A stretch of 63,865 nucleotides of DNA, counting the filler, from Collodictyon triciliatum (Eukaryota): NCBI GenBank assembly GCA_043381765.1. It is 48 parts of 48 records of this genome, joined end to end, with 100 filler letters (N's around TTAATTAATTAA, not from the genome) between each part and the next. Parts side by side here need not be neighbours in the genome. Positions count along the whole stretch, not along the records: positions 36,042 to 37,276 come from JBHJMP010011768.1; positions 37,377 to 38,607 come from JBHJMP010011769.1; positions 38,708 to 39,937 come from JBHJMP010011770.1; positions 40,038 to 41,267 come from JBHJMP010011771.1; positions 41,368 to 42,596 come from JBHJMP010011772.1; positions 42,697 to 43,948 come from JBHJMP010011773.1; positions 44,049 to 45,277 come from JBHJMP010011774.1; positions 45,378 to 46,606 come from JBHJMP010011775.1; 40 more parts are not named here. One strand, 5' to 3'. Position numbers and translations under genes: made by a program. The notes below the pieces were generated by a model. That model saw only the letters and a program-made list of their open reading frames with translations, made no database searches and was not told the DNA's origin. Each line of letters opens with the position of its first letter. Position 1 is the first letter of the stretch. Positions 37,025 to 49,554 of the stretch are shown here, piece after piece.

Positions 37025-37098
37025 GGTTTTGTGGTGTAGTTGGCTATCACATCCGCTTGACATGCGGGAGGTCCTCAGTTCGATCCTGGGCAAAACCA
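37025..37098 (+). tRNA. tRNA-Val(GAC)
   Basis: Cloverleaf: acceptor GGTTTTG/CAAAACC, D-arm GTG..CAC, anticodon arm TCCGC-TTGACAT-GCGGG, T-arm CTCAG-TTCGATC-CTGGG; T-run terminator follows. Confidence 0.93.
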
Positions 37099-37376
37099 CT
37101 TTTTGGTCTCCCTAACCTCTCCCTTTTTGCTCCTGATTAGCCTTCATCACTCACTCTTTTTGCTTCTGCCTCCAATCTCTGTCTCCTTTCCTTTTCTAAT
37201 TCTACTCCAGACAGCGCCCTTATCCCAAAATCTCTATCGAACTCTTCATCAGTAACATATCGCTTTCATCGCCTCCNNNNNNNNNNNNNNNNNNNNNNNN
37301 NNNNNNNNNNNNNNNNNNNNTTAATTAATTAANNNNNNNNNNNNNNNNNNNNNNNNNNNNNNNNNNNNNNNNNNNN

Positions 37377-37500
37377 GTCAGGTGGGCGTCCCAACTGGTT
37401 GATTGGTTGCGTGGGTAGCAGGGGTTGGATATGCTGTGGGAGATATCTTACGACACATTCCCACATCTCTCTTCGTTTGCAAACATCTCTCTTCGCTTGC
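37377..37500 (-). mobile_element. Family A LINE fragment with 5-prime truncation junction
   Basis: Matches 46280-46383; 18-nt tandem duplication at the truncation point. Confidence 0.85.
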
Positions 37501-38461
37501 TACAATTTTGTCAATATTCAAGTAGTTGGTATGGAGAATTCATAATGAAGGACTTTTATTTTGTGCATCTAGCTCAGATTCTACAAGCTAGACCCCAGCA
37601 ATGGTCGTGGAGGTCGCTGTCTCCGTGGATTGAACTTACATGCATGGGTTTTAGCCAAGCTTTCCAAATAAATGGACGACCAACCGGACTCTGGGCCTGT
37701 CGTGATATCGAGCGTTCCTCCCTGGAAACAAATGGCAGAATCAATTCCTGCAGAGGAAGACATATTCTTCCCCAAACCCCGAGGTGGACTGTCCCATTCT
37801 TTCCCTTCATTTCCTTCCTGTCACTGCAGACCAAACACCACATAACGGCGAAGACGAAAGTATATTCGCTGTTGACCAGACTTTGTAATGTTCACATATA
37901 TATATGTGTGTATGTTCATATTTGAACTGGTCACAAATTCACTATACGCATAAATGTTGTGTTGTTTATTCCATCAAAATGCCACTTTCTCGTCTTTTTT
38001 TTTTTATTTATGGGGTTTGCTTCATCTTCCGCATTAATGCATTTATCTTCTTTTATTTTCAGACAACGAGACTTAAACAAACTTGGAAACCAAAAACTGG
38101 TTGGAGCAACCGTTGGTCTTGTTCAAGTAGAATCCCAAGCACAAGAGCCAGTATGTGTACTGAATTTTTTTCGTTTCTTTGGGAACATATGCTATATGTC
38201 CATAGTATATTTTTCTTTTTCTTTATAAAAAAGTAAAGGTAGGAACGACCTCCTCGAATTCTATTATTTGTTTACAAGGTGACCATGAAGCTTCTAATTT
38301 TTCTTTTCTTTTCTTTTCTTTTCTTTTCTTTTCTTTTCTTTTCTTTCCTTTTTTGTTTTTCTTGTTTTTTTTTGATTTTTTGTTTCTTTTTATTTGTTTA
38401 TTTATTTGTTTTTTTGTTTTGTTTTGTTTCTTTTTTGTTTTGTTTTGTTTTGTTTTTTTTT

Positions 38462-38545
<84 letters not shown>

Positions 38546-39239
38546 TTTTTTTTGTTTTTTTTTTTTTGCTTTTTTTGTTTTGTTTTTTTGTTTTCTTTGT
38601 TTTCTTTNNNNNNNNNNNNNNNNNNNNNNNNNNNNNNNNNNNNNNNNNNNNTTAATTAATTAANNNNNNNNNNNNNNNNNNNNNNNNNNNNNNNNNNNNN
38701 NNNNNNNAAATGGCACAACCCTTTGCACTCCTCCCCTTCTGCCAAGCTCGGTTCAAAATATATTGGAATTCTGTGGTGATAATACATAACCCTTTGTTAT
38801 GAGGAAATGCAATATTTTAATGAGTTCAGTGAAGCAGCAACAAAAACATACTTTTCTCTAAAGATTTCATTGATGAAAGATTAAAAAACAAATATTTAAA
38901 TTGAGATTCGTATTTGTGGTCAATTGTATCGTCATCTAATTGAAAAGCAAAGCATGCGGCGGTCCTATCTGTTGTTACCACTGTAAACAGTCTTTCATTC
39001 AACCACTAAGCACGTACTTTCAAAGTAGGGGGAAGTGTGAGTGGAATGATATATTCAGATATCAGAAAGAAAATAAAAAAGATAAGTAAATCACTGGGAA
39101 ATAGGGATCCTAGGGCCTGACAAGGTAGATTGGATTTTTTTCTGAGAGTGCGCATGAAAGTACCCGGCAAAGAGATATAAAAATTAGGTGAGGGACGACT
39201 TGTTCAAGGCAGAAAATACGGACTGGATAGCGCTGGGTG

Positions 39240-39520
39240 CCTAAAAGATGATGAGAGAGAAGTCATGTTTGCATTCGACCTAGTGCCTATCAAACGAACT
39301 TAACTTCTTATCACTACTCAATTCGACACCTTGCGCCATTAAAGCAGTATTCCCTCTCCTCATCCATCCAATCAATATCACCCGTCCCTTTTTTTTTTCT
39401 CATACTCGTGGGACATTATCATGCCCCCCAAAGAGAAATCCTTGCATCTCTTATCAAGACCTAAGCACATCCTTTTATATATATGTCTGAGTATTCCGTC
39501 CCACCCTACATCGCCACCAG
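39240..39520 (+). mobile_element. Dispersed repeat family D, diverged copy
   Basis: REVMFAFDLVP plus blocks ACACCTTGCGCCA, AAAG(C/T)AGTATTCCC, CTCTTATCAAG shared with 34711-35090. Confidence 0.55.
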
Positions 39521-39804
39521 CTTGGAACTACTTCCCTGATGATTTAATGAAAGGCTGTTAAGGCGGACTCAACAGGAAAGACTGAAGAAAAAAAAAGCAC
39601 CCGACTCAACGTTGTGAAAGTGTAATTTCCAGAAATATTGATATTCATTGAATACTCCTAGTCGTTTTTGAATCTGATTGGAATCGGTCTTATCAAAAAC
39701 CGGAGACTTGCCATAAATCCGAAAAAACTCAACTTCGCCAAACCGAAAGTGCGCAAGCCCTCGCATCGTTCTGCGCGGTTAACACAAAACCTCAAGTATA
39801 GGGA

Positions 39805-39937
39805 AAAGAATAAAAAGAATAAAAAGAATAAAAAGAATAAATAGAATAAAATAGAATAAAATAGAATAAAATAGAATAAAATAGAATAAAATAGAATAAA
39901 ATAGAATAAAATAGAATAAAATAGAATAAAATAGAAT
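39805..39937. repeat. (AATAGAATAA)n tandem repeat
   Basis: Direct reading. Confidence 0.92.
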
Positions 39938-41367
39938 NNNNNNNNNNNNNNNNNNNNNNNNNNNNNNNNNNNNNNNNNNNNTTAATTAATTAANNNNNNN
40001 NNNNNNNNNNNNNNNNNNNNNNNNNNNNNNNNNNNNNTTTTTTTTTTTTTTTAATCTTTCATTTTTATTTTTTTTTTTTTTTTTTGCAATTTTTACTTGC
40101 TGTACCCACCCAAACTCTTTTCTCCCAATACAACGCCTGCAAGGGTACTTTTGTACATCGCGCATATACATATATACCTTTAAAGGTGGACTCACTTCAC
40201 TACAAAGAGTTACGCACTCGCTAAAGAAAATACCAATCTTTCAGGCCCACACACTCACGCCGAATCCGCTTCGCTCAAACAAAGTTGACATACTAGTGGA
40301 AGATCGCCCGTCTCCTACGCACAAACTCTCTAGCGAAAGCGATTCACTGCGAAAGAAACTTTTTCCTGTATGCTGTATTTATGTCGCCTTCTTTTTTTCT
40401 TTTTTTTCAATACCCATCGTTGCATCAAACATACTATTTAAATCATTCATATTAGCGGTGTGAGTACCATCAACTGTTGTTCTCTCATTCTGCTCCCATT
40501 ACTCACTTTGATTTCTCATCCACTGATTATTTTATGTCTGAGTTTTTTTTTATTCACATCTCTCAACAACAAATATTAATTGATTAACAGGCGATTTTCT
40601 CATTTCAATAGCATTTCTTTCAATTTTCTTTTAAAAAGTTATCACTGATTTTATCTTAGGAAACAGGACAGGATTCGTCGTCCGCGAACAGAGACATTTC
40701 AATTTATGAGGTAAACTAGTTTTTTGAGCGTTAACAATCCTTTCATATGCGGTCTTTTACTTGCAACGCCCACTAAAGTTCACCTTTTCAAGAGACCCGC
40801 CCTTTGGAACGTCTCAACTCCAACGCATTTTATTAACCGTTGAAGATAGTATCCTACTCACCCATAATATTGGATTCCCAATGATAGAAAACTTCTTCCA
40901 GCTCAAAAATGAGGTCAAAAACTCCAGTAAATGTATTCCAATCACCCACTACACAGAATTACAAGTCTGTCCTGTTATCGCCCACCCCAAAGAAAACCAA
41001 CCAAGCTGTTTGTATTGAAATATGGTTCAATATATAAACTTATGAGCTGAATCTTGGCTATATCGTATTTCCCCCTTTGGGGTAGTATCATTTTTTTTAA
41101 AAACTGTCCTTATTTTTCTTCAATTGCTATTATGATTTCATTCTTTCCATGATGTATATTTTGAATATTTTCAATTCACTTTCAATTCATTTTAAAAAAA
41201 AAAAGTCCATCGAAGCGATTATCAAAGAAACATCCGAATCCCCATTCTGTTTTACAAAAGCGCGAACNNNNNNNNNNNNNNNNNNNNNNNNNNNNNNNNN
41301 NNNNNNNNNNNTTAATTAATTAANNNNNNNNNNNNNNNNNNNNNNNNNNNNNNNNNNNNNNNNNNNN

Positions 41368-41718
41368 CGCATATACTCACGCAAAGTAAGACTCAACAAC
41401 TAGCCACCCATTTCTGATAATGACTGGATGACATCATACAAATCTCTTTCCTCAACAGTTTCCTTCGCCACTTGCGCGTTCTCTACTACTCAGACCCTGT
41501 GTGAAGGGACATATGGAAAGAGGCTGAGAAAGATATTAAACCTCGCCTTGTATCTCTCATGCAAGCATAAGACCCAGGCTACAGGCCAAACCGCAGGATG
41601 CAATTCCTGATTACCGACTACTTCTCCACCCGACCACCAAGTAGCGTCCATGCAAACGATGACTAGCGAACCAAAGCCAGCATCCCCGCCATCTTGTGCA
41701 TATTTAAAATGAAGAAAT
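41368..41718 (+). mobile_element. Family B LINE 3-prime end (premature stops)
   Basis: Homologous to 25673-26025. Confidence 0.88.
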
Positions 41719-42138
41719 CATATAAAGAACCAGATAGTCTGAATAGCATACAGGCCCGAATCCTGTCTCATAGGCGTATTATCTTGGCGAAAGTTGCGTA
41801 ATAGCCTTGTGAGGCCTTGCGGTTTGCACCCTCAGCCCAACCAAATAAAAAAAATGCGCCTGTGATGGGCGATGTAAGCTAAAAGGAAGCCCATCGTTAT
41901 ACCCTCCCTCTGCCCTATCTTCCGCATTTGTACTCTTCATTGTCCGGCCACACCTTCCTTTTTCGATTGGAATCTTCCTGACCTTCTCTCCTATTTCCCT
42001 GTTCATTCTGTCTGCTTTCTCTTAAAATGCTCATTTATCTGCACAGTCCTCAGACGTCTATCTACCTTATGCGTTACAGTTCCGCGAATCTCTCCTTGAA
42101 CCATTCCCGCAACTTTTCCCCCAAAGCCCGCCCGCCCC

Positions 42139-42148
42139 CTATTTAAAA
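42139..42148 (+). promoter_or_regulatory. Possible TATA-like element upstream of Ras
   Basis: CTATTTAAAA in GC-rich context about 170 bp upstream of the Ras ATG. Confidence 0.3.
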
Positions 42149-42309
42149 GCCCTGCCTTTGCCCTCCGCTCTGTCGCGCCGTGAGTGTTTTTCTCATTCCT
42201 TGCTGCCACAGTTCATACAGCAGCAACAAACAAGTCCACCGCAGCCAAGTCAGCACGCAGCAAGACAAACAGCACAGGCCAACAACCCACCACCGAACAC
42301 ACAACCAGG

Positions 42310-42596
42310 ATGACGGAATACAAACTTGTAAGTGTGCCATAAGCTCCGTTGCTACAGAAGAGGCGAGAGGGGATGAGGCCCGTACTTGTTGTTCCACTAT
42401 TCTAGTCACTTTGCCTTTGCCTTGTCTCTCACTCTTAACTCTCCGCTGTAACTTCCTGGCAGCACTAAGGCTTTACCATTGTCCATGTTTTGTTTTGTTT
42501 GTTTGGTAAACTAACGCGGCGGGCACAGGTCGTTGTTGGAGGCGGAGGTGTCGGAAAGTCAGCACTGACGATCCAGCTGATCCAGAACCACTTCGT
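42310..42596 (+). CDS. ras: Ras GTPase, 5-prime part; exon 42310-42327, intron 42328-42528, exon 42529-end
   Basis: [34 protein letters not shown] donor, ACTAAC branch site, CAG acceptor. Confidence 0.96.
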
Positions 42597-43832
42597 NNNN
42601 NNNNNNNNNNNNNNNNNNNNNNNNNNNNNNNNNNNNNNNNTTAATTAATTAANNNNNNNNNNNNNNNNNNNNNNNNNNNNNNNNNNNNNNNNNNNNATGT
42701 ATACTAGCTCATTAAAGCCCTAACTTTTATTCACCAACAAGACTGAAATTAATTGTAATATATTCCTCAAAGCATCGACTGCACGCGTTAGAATTGCGTT
42801 CCGGACCAATATTCAATTCTGATACTGGACATTGTGAAGCCTGTAAGAGTTAGAAGTCGAGCAAGACAGAAGAAATGTTTTTCAATGCCCCAGAGTTCTA
42901 AAACCTTACTTCCAGAAAGCATTTAGTCCCGGAGATTCTAAATCAATCAAAAGAAGATGATATAGGAATATTTGGAATTTCGAAATAGTGCATAACCCTG
43001 CGACTTCATATACAAATCCCACACCATTTTCCGCGCTAATATATTCCGTGCTACCGTAAGAGACACAGGCTCACTGCTTGATAAAGCGCTTCTTATTGTT
43101 CCAAAATGCTCATATCTAAATTGTCACTATTAGAAAAATAAATCTGGTGAGATATTTTGTTGAGGATTGAAAATCGATAAAGAATTTGAATAGTTATGCG
43201 ATTCTAATCTGCAATTCATTTTTGAAAATAATTACGTTTACTGCTCGAGCGTGTCCACCCCTTTCATCATCGAAAACTACAGTGCGCGCATTAGAGTAAT
43301 AACAAAGTGCTCTGCCATAATATTCTTGTGGTTCTCGGAGCAACTCCTGTGGTTATGCGAGGAAAATTGTCTACGATTCACTTAATATGATAAAATAGAT
43401 ACAAGAAAAAGGAGAACAGATATTTTTAAGCACGTGTGAACATTCCATTCATCAACCGAGAATCCCAAAGATGGCTGTGTATGGAAACCTTCCAAACTAA
43501 TAATAGAAATGTTATGCAAAGGTAGTGCGTGAGTGAAATGGTTGCGATTCAATTTAGCTTTCAACGTTTCAGAAAGACCAGAAACGTGATGAAAAGGGGG
43601 AAATAATCACAACCCCTGGAAACATCTGGTGGTGTTGTTATCAGAAAAGGAATTAGAAATTACTTGCACACAGCAATGGATTTTATGACATTCGTGATTT
43701 GGATTGCCTGTCCACTTTTCATGACACTTGCAATCTGCCAGCAAAAGTTACGGCATGAAGCTTCCCAATAGCAAAAGGCGAAACAGCAAGTATGGAGCGC
43801 TGACGACACTTAAGCGAAAAAAATGAAGGTGA

Positions 43833-43915
43833 TGACAAGAGTGGGATTTGAACCCACGCCCACAGAGTAGACTGCGACCTGAACGCAGCGCCTTAGACCG
43901 CTCGGCCATCTTGCC
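43833..43915 (-). tRNA. tRNA-Leu(CAG)
   Basis: GGCAAGATGGCCGAGCGGTCTAAGGCGCTGCGTTCAGGTCGCAGTCTACTCTGTGGGCGTGGGTTCAAATCCCACTCTTGTCA, long variable arm, T7 terminator downstream. Confidence 0.96.
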
Positions 43916-44048
43916 CTTCTTGGCTTGGAAGCAACCATATAATATATTNNNNNNNNNNNNNNNNNNNNNNNNNNNNNNNNNNNNNNNNNNNNTTAATTAA
44001 TTAANNNNNNNNNNNNNNNNNNNNNNNNNNNNNNNNNNNNNNNNNNNN

Positions 44049-44122
<74 letters not shown>

Positions 44123-44249
44123 TTCTGTCAGCGAATATGTTAGAAGTAACTCGTATTGTTAAATATTTTCGAAAAAGAACTATCTTCAACTTTCCAATAT
44201 CCTTACCTTTTTTTTCCTCTGTCTTTTATTTACACACTTTTTTTCATCC

Positions 44250-45189
44250 ATGCCTGGAATACCTACTTCGTCATCATCTGTTTATTTTCCTTGTTAGCTC
44301 TGTACATCCTCATTTCGGCCTTCGGTTGCATTCTGTATGGCGGTGAGTCATTTTAGATACTCATGAACCCATGATTTCTATCACCCAACCCTATTTCTTT
44401 GCGGTAGAGTATGTCTCTACAGAATTCTTCTGGGACCCCTCTGAGAGAACCTCACCAATCGTCAGAGCAAGTACGCCAATTGCCACACTGCTCCAAAAAT
44501 TGATGGACAAGGCAACCATGCAACATATGTGATTTTACATGCAGAATGAATCAACTACTAACTATCTATCATCAGGTGAGCTTTGCATCGCAATCATTCT
44601 CGAACTCAAGTTCCCCACGCTCTTTCACTCGTTCCTCAAGTCTGTCCAATTCATCTTCCGAATCATGAGTAAGACAGAGACCATGGCCTACCTTCGCGTA
44701 TGTAATCCGTCCTGCACAAAAAAGAAAAGTTTTTATAAAGAAAAAAACCCCCAAGATTGAAAAAAAAAAAAAAAAAAAAAAAAAACAAATTAGAGGGGGA
44801 AAAAATAGGGCAAAGCTAAGGTTTCTTTTTTTTTATCTTTATTTCTTTGGGGTTTTCTGGCTGGCCACACCTTCCTTGGCGCAGTCCCTACAGGAAACCA
44901 AGTCTGTCATCATCAACACATCGCCACCATCCCGCATAGTTATCTTCCTCAGTTCCTTAACTCTGGTCGTTCTTTCCTTTTGCACAGCATTCTTTGAGTC
45001 CCAAATGAACGAGGTATGCTTGTGTTATTTCGCACCGGTGACTGTGATTTATTTCTTATCATTTCCTTTTTCTTTTTTACTCATGTTATTGCTTTTAACA
45101 AACAGATTATCGCATTCATTGGAGGGGTGTGCGTTGTCCCCATGAATCTTGTGTTTCCTCCGTTGATGTACCTCGGAACGATTCGAAAG
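44250..45189 (+). CDS. Amino acid transporter (AAAP / SLC36-38-like), C-terminal exons
   Basis: LYILISAFGCILYG; hydrophobic helices; IIAFIGGVCVVPMNLVFPPLMYL. Confidence 0.7.
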
Positions 45190-45377
45190 GTTTTTTTTTC
45201 TTTCTTTCGTTCTTTCACCATCTTTTTTTTTTCTACGAGAAGCACACATACTCATACAAACACACACACACACACACNNNNNNNNNNNNNNNNNNNNNNN
45301 NNNNNNNNNNNNNNNNNNNNNTTAATTAATTAANNNNNNNNNNNNNNNNNNNNNNNNNNNNNNNNNNNNNNNNNNNN

Positions 45378-45671
45378 TTCCTGAACAGCCTGCTGAAACA
45401 CGCTCGCATTCTTCGATACTCTGACCGCAAGCGAAGAGAGATGTGGGAATGTGTCGTGCGATATCTCCCACAGCATATCCAACCCCTGCTGCCCACACAG
45501 CCAATCAAACTGTTGGGTCACCCACCTGACCAACTCGCTATCACCTATTATTTTCCAGTGCTAGCCTCTCCACGGTAGTGTCTTCTACTACTCGCGTTTG
45601 CTCTACCATGCGCAGCTATCTCGCTCCTTGTATGGCATAACGTCGCTGCACTTTGAATTGGATAAAGGGAA
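45378..45671 (+). mobile_element. Family A LINE 3-prime end
   Basis: Homologous to 1525-1820. Confidence 0.88.
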
Positions 45672-46131
45672 GTAGTGAAAAAAAGAAGGGTTATGTCGAG
45701 ATATGCAAATAAGATGGGCTTCACATACAAAAAAAAAAAAATTGCATTCTAATTAAAAAAAAATTATCAACTCGCTTCAAACCTGAAACAAGTCGTGCTA
45801 TTTTGGTGTGAAAAAAAATATTGATGACGCTTGCAATGATTCCATCACATATAAACCACCGTTTTGTTGAGTTTGTGGTATATCATAGGAAATACAATCA
45901 TTCAGAAATGCCAATATGTGCATTAAATATAACTACCATCATTATCACTCACTGCTGTGCGTTATGCTCTGTTCATTTATGCATCTTTTTTTTTTTTGTT
46001 ATACTTTCCAGGTTTTCAATCCAACGACACAGAGACGATTCAGCTTTCCGTTATTCTCAACGACTAGTTCGCTGGCTTTTGCTTTTATTTGAATGGTTTG
46101 GGATTCATCTGATTCATGGGTTTTTTTCCAC

Positions 46132-46606
46132 TTTTTTCCCTTTATTCGATTCAAAGTGTAGCGAGGTTATTCCATACAAAGGGGCGGGATGGGTGCGCAT
46201 AGTAGAGAGCAAACGCGAGTAGTAGAAGACACTACCGTGGAGAGGGTAGCACTGGGAAGAAATCAGTGATAGCGAGCTGGTCAGGTGGGCGTCCCAACTG
46301 GTTGATTGGTTGAGTGGGCAGCAGGGGTTGGATATGCTGTGGGAGATATCGCACGACACATTCCCACATCTCTCTTCGCTTGCGGTCAGAGTATCGAAGA
46401 ATGCGAGCGTGTTTCAGCAGGCTGTTCAGGAAGCTGTATTGCACGAGGCTCTCAAGCCTGGATACATTGATTTCTCGTTCGGGTGAATCATTGGAGCGAG
46501 AGAATGCGCGCACACTCCATAGGGACCACAGCATATGTCCCCTTGTGACTGTCCAGAGTATTCTAGAGTCGTGGGTCATTTGGTATTGTGCGCCAAACAG
46601 AATGTC
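46132..46606 (-). mobile_element. Family A LINE 3-prime end, least degraded ORF2 C-terminus
   Basis: MTHDSRILWTVTRGHMLWSLWSVR..ITDFFPVLPSPR* (46232-46579), 3-prime UTR, AATAAAGGG-A tail. Confidence 0.9.
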
Positions 46607-47865
46607 NNNNNNNNNNNNNNNNNNNNNNNNNNNNNNNNNNNNNNNNNNNNTTAATTAATTAANNNNNNNNNNNNNNNNNNNNNNNNNNNNNNNNNNNNNN
46701 NNNNNNTTTTCTTTTCTTTTCTTTTCTTTTCTTTTCTTTTCTTTTCTTTTCTTTTCTTTTCTTTTCTTTTCTTTTCTTTTCTTTTCTTTTCTTTTCTTTT
46801 GTTATATGATTTTGAAAAGTAGTTTCATACTGCATCGTAAATATGAGAAGAAAGAATTAGGTTCCTTTTTCTATTCCAACCATAATTGAACATGTATATC
46901 CAAACTATATATAAGCATTTTATTACATGATTGTAGAGCTGGGGATGACGGCTTTTGTTCAATCTTACGTAAGAATTTTTATTTAAAAAATAATAATAAA
47001 ATGTATATCATATCTTTAAAAAAAAATTTTATATAAAACTGTGTCTTTTTTATCCTTTCTCCTTATAGTACACCTTAGGTGCAACTTTGACAGGAATTTT
47101 CTTGACTGGTGGTGGAGGTTGCTTTAGAAAATATAAATAGAGGGAATATTTAGATCCTTTTCTTGGATTACATTAAAATATTATGACAAAGTAAGGTTGG
47201 CAGTTTCCTCAGCTTTGCTTTTTATGAATAAACTGTTGAAATGATATCAAAAAAAAAAAAAGATAGAGGAAAGTTGCTAAATAATGGTATTTTCAATTTC
47301 AAATTAAATAATTAAAACAACAGAAAAAGACATCATCGATAGTGATGAGCTCTCCGATTTATTTTATTCTTTTTATATAAACTCACTTGCTTAGTCGGAT
47401 GCCGAACACGATTTCCCACCACGACTTTGCTATAGTTGCATGTATTTTTTTAATAGGTTGTTTTATTTTGTCATGGTTGTAAGTGAAACAGTAGATAAAT
47501 GTAGACTGTGATTTATTGTTGATGGAGCAACTTGAGGTATGTGTGTGTGACAAGAACGAAGGAATGAAACCTTTTAGTAGGGATGTTGGTGGTATGTCCT
47601 GATGAGGGTACTTGTGATTGTTGGGGTGCTTGTGAGGTTAATGTTTTTGGTGGAGCTTGTTGTGTGACATTAGCAACTTGCCTTTGTTCTACCTTTGGTT
47701 TCTGTGATTGTTTTATAATTTAGACGATAGATACATAGAAAAGAATTGCTACAATTTTGTTTGTGTTTATCTCATTTTCGGCTCAAATTAAAAAAGGCTA
47801 TCCTTGTAAAAAAAAAATAAATTATTCTGTCTAGTACTATTTTATATGCATTTGAAAAGGTGTTG

Positions 47866-47899
<34 letters not shown>

Positions 47900-48257
47900 G
47901 TTTTTTTTTTTTTTTTAAAAAAAATATTTAAAGTTNNNNNNNNNNNNNNNNNNNNNNNNNNNNNNNNNNNNNNNNNNNNTTAATTAATTAANNNNNNNNN
48001 NNNNNNNNNNNNNNNNNNNNNNNNNNNNNNNNNNNAAAAGAAAAAAAGAAAAAAAGAAAAAAAGAAAAAAAGAAAAAAAGAAAAAAAGAAAAAAAGAAAA
48101 AAAGAAAAAAAGAAAAAAAAGAAAAAAGAAAAAAAGAAAAAAAGAAAAAAAGAAAAAAAGAAAAAAAGAAAAAAAGAAACTATCCTTGAATACCATCATG
48201 ATTGAAAAAACAAGATGAACCTTTCGTTTGCTACCTTAAAATATCTTCATATCCAAA

Positions 48258-49264
48258 AGCTTCAAAGCAAGCCACTTCAATGACTGAACAGGTGTGCACA
48301 AGGCTGGAAGCTCTCTTAAAGATTGTAGAGCAGCAAGTGGAAGATTACGTTTCGGTTAGTTGGGATTTGAATTCATAGTTTTTATCATCCAAGCCCTATC
48401 ATGATTTCTTCATCGCATATGTGCGACATATATTTTTCATGTATAAACATTGTTCATGCATTAAGATTACAATTCTGCTCTGTGAACACACTTATCCTTA
48501 CATTACTGATATTATTTCTATTTTTTTTTAATAACCAATGAATTTATTCCAAGAAACCTTTCGAATTTACCAGAAAATCGTATCGCACTTTATTTCTCTC
48601 CACTCAAAAAGTTTTGTATAGGTGATATCCAGTGTCCACAGAAACGAAATGCAAATCAGCGCACCCATTCAAAAACTGCAGGATGAACTCAACAACCGAA
48701 GACAATTCCTTTCATACTTGATGTCTTTGAATGTATGATATAATTTTGAAACAAAATATACGAATAAAATGAGCTAGTTGTAGTTAGGAAGTAAATCATC
48801 TATTTCCATAAAGTTTTAATGGACACATGAAATCAGTAATTTTTTTTTTTACGAGCCATTATCTATTGCTATAGCAAGAGGCAACATCTATCCGGACACA
48901 GTTATGGGACGCCAAAGAACAGTATTCCCAAAGACTTGCAGAGTTGAAGTCCATAGTCAAATCTCGGTCTGCGGTTCCTACTGACCAAGTTTTTGTGAGT
49001 GATAATCCTCCCCTATTTTCCTTTCTAAATCAAACAAAGAATGAGTAGAAAATACAGTTACATATAACATGAAAATGGCTCTTTTGTAAACAAGTTTGCT
49101 AATTTTACCTAGAGCAATCATGATATAATGCCGGTCTTTATAATAAATAAGTTTCGATAAAGATGTGAAGTTTACATATATCCTAGCCAAGATTTATTGC
49201 GATAGCTGGATTGTGGGCTCAAATCAAGCAAGAATTCGACAAGATGAAGGTTTTCATACATCGA
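48258..49264 (+). CDS. CFAP206: CFAP206 (FAP206 / C6orf165), internal exons
   Basis: KLQDELNNRRQFLSYL; YSQRLAELKSIVKSRSAVPTDQ-VYPRFIAIAGLW..E, matching L..EL.NRRQ and K..V...S.VP..QV(Y/F)P.F..L..LW of CFAP206. Confidence 0.75.
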
Positions 49265-49383
49265 NNNNNNNNNNNNNNNNNNNNNNNNNNNNNNNNNNNN
49301 NNNNNNNNTTAATTAATTAANNNNNNNNNNNNNNNNNNNNNNNNNNNNNNNNNNNNNNNNNNNNAAGATAAAGATATTAACTA

Positions 49384-49510
<127 letters not shown>

Positions 49511-49554
49511 GTGGCGGACATCAAACAGCGTTTGGGAAGGGCGAGCATGACGTC

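Noticed and set aside
39516..39557. Hammerhead-like core GGAA-CTAC-TTCC-CTGATGA-TTTAAT-GAAA
   Set aside because: No stem II pairing, bulged stem III, and not conserved in the homologous family D copy
42697..43790. Possible multi-exon gene on the minus strand next to tRNA-Leu
   Set aside because: Exon-like pieces but no recognisable family or consistent frame; same for contigs at 24057, 26724, 29388, 40038, 46707, 52022, 54678 and 59987
43833..43915. tRNA-targeted retrotransposon insertion beside tRNA-Leu
   Set aside because: No LINE sequence in the 1.1 kb downstream; only 33 bp of upstream sequence available
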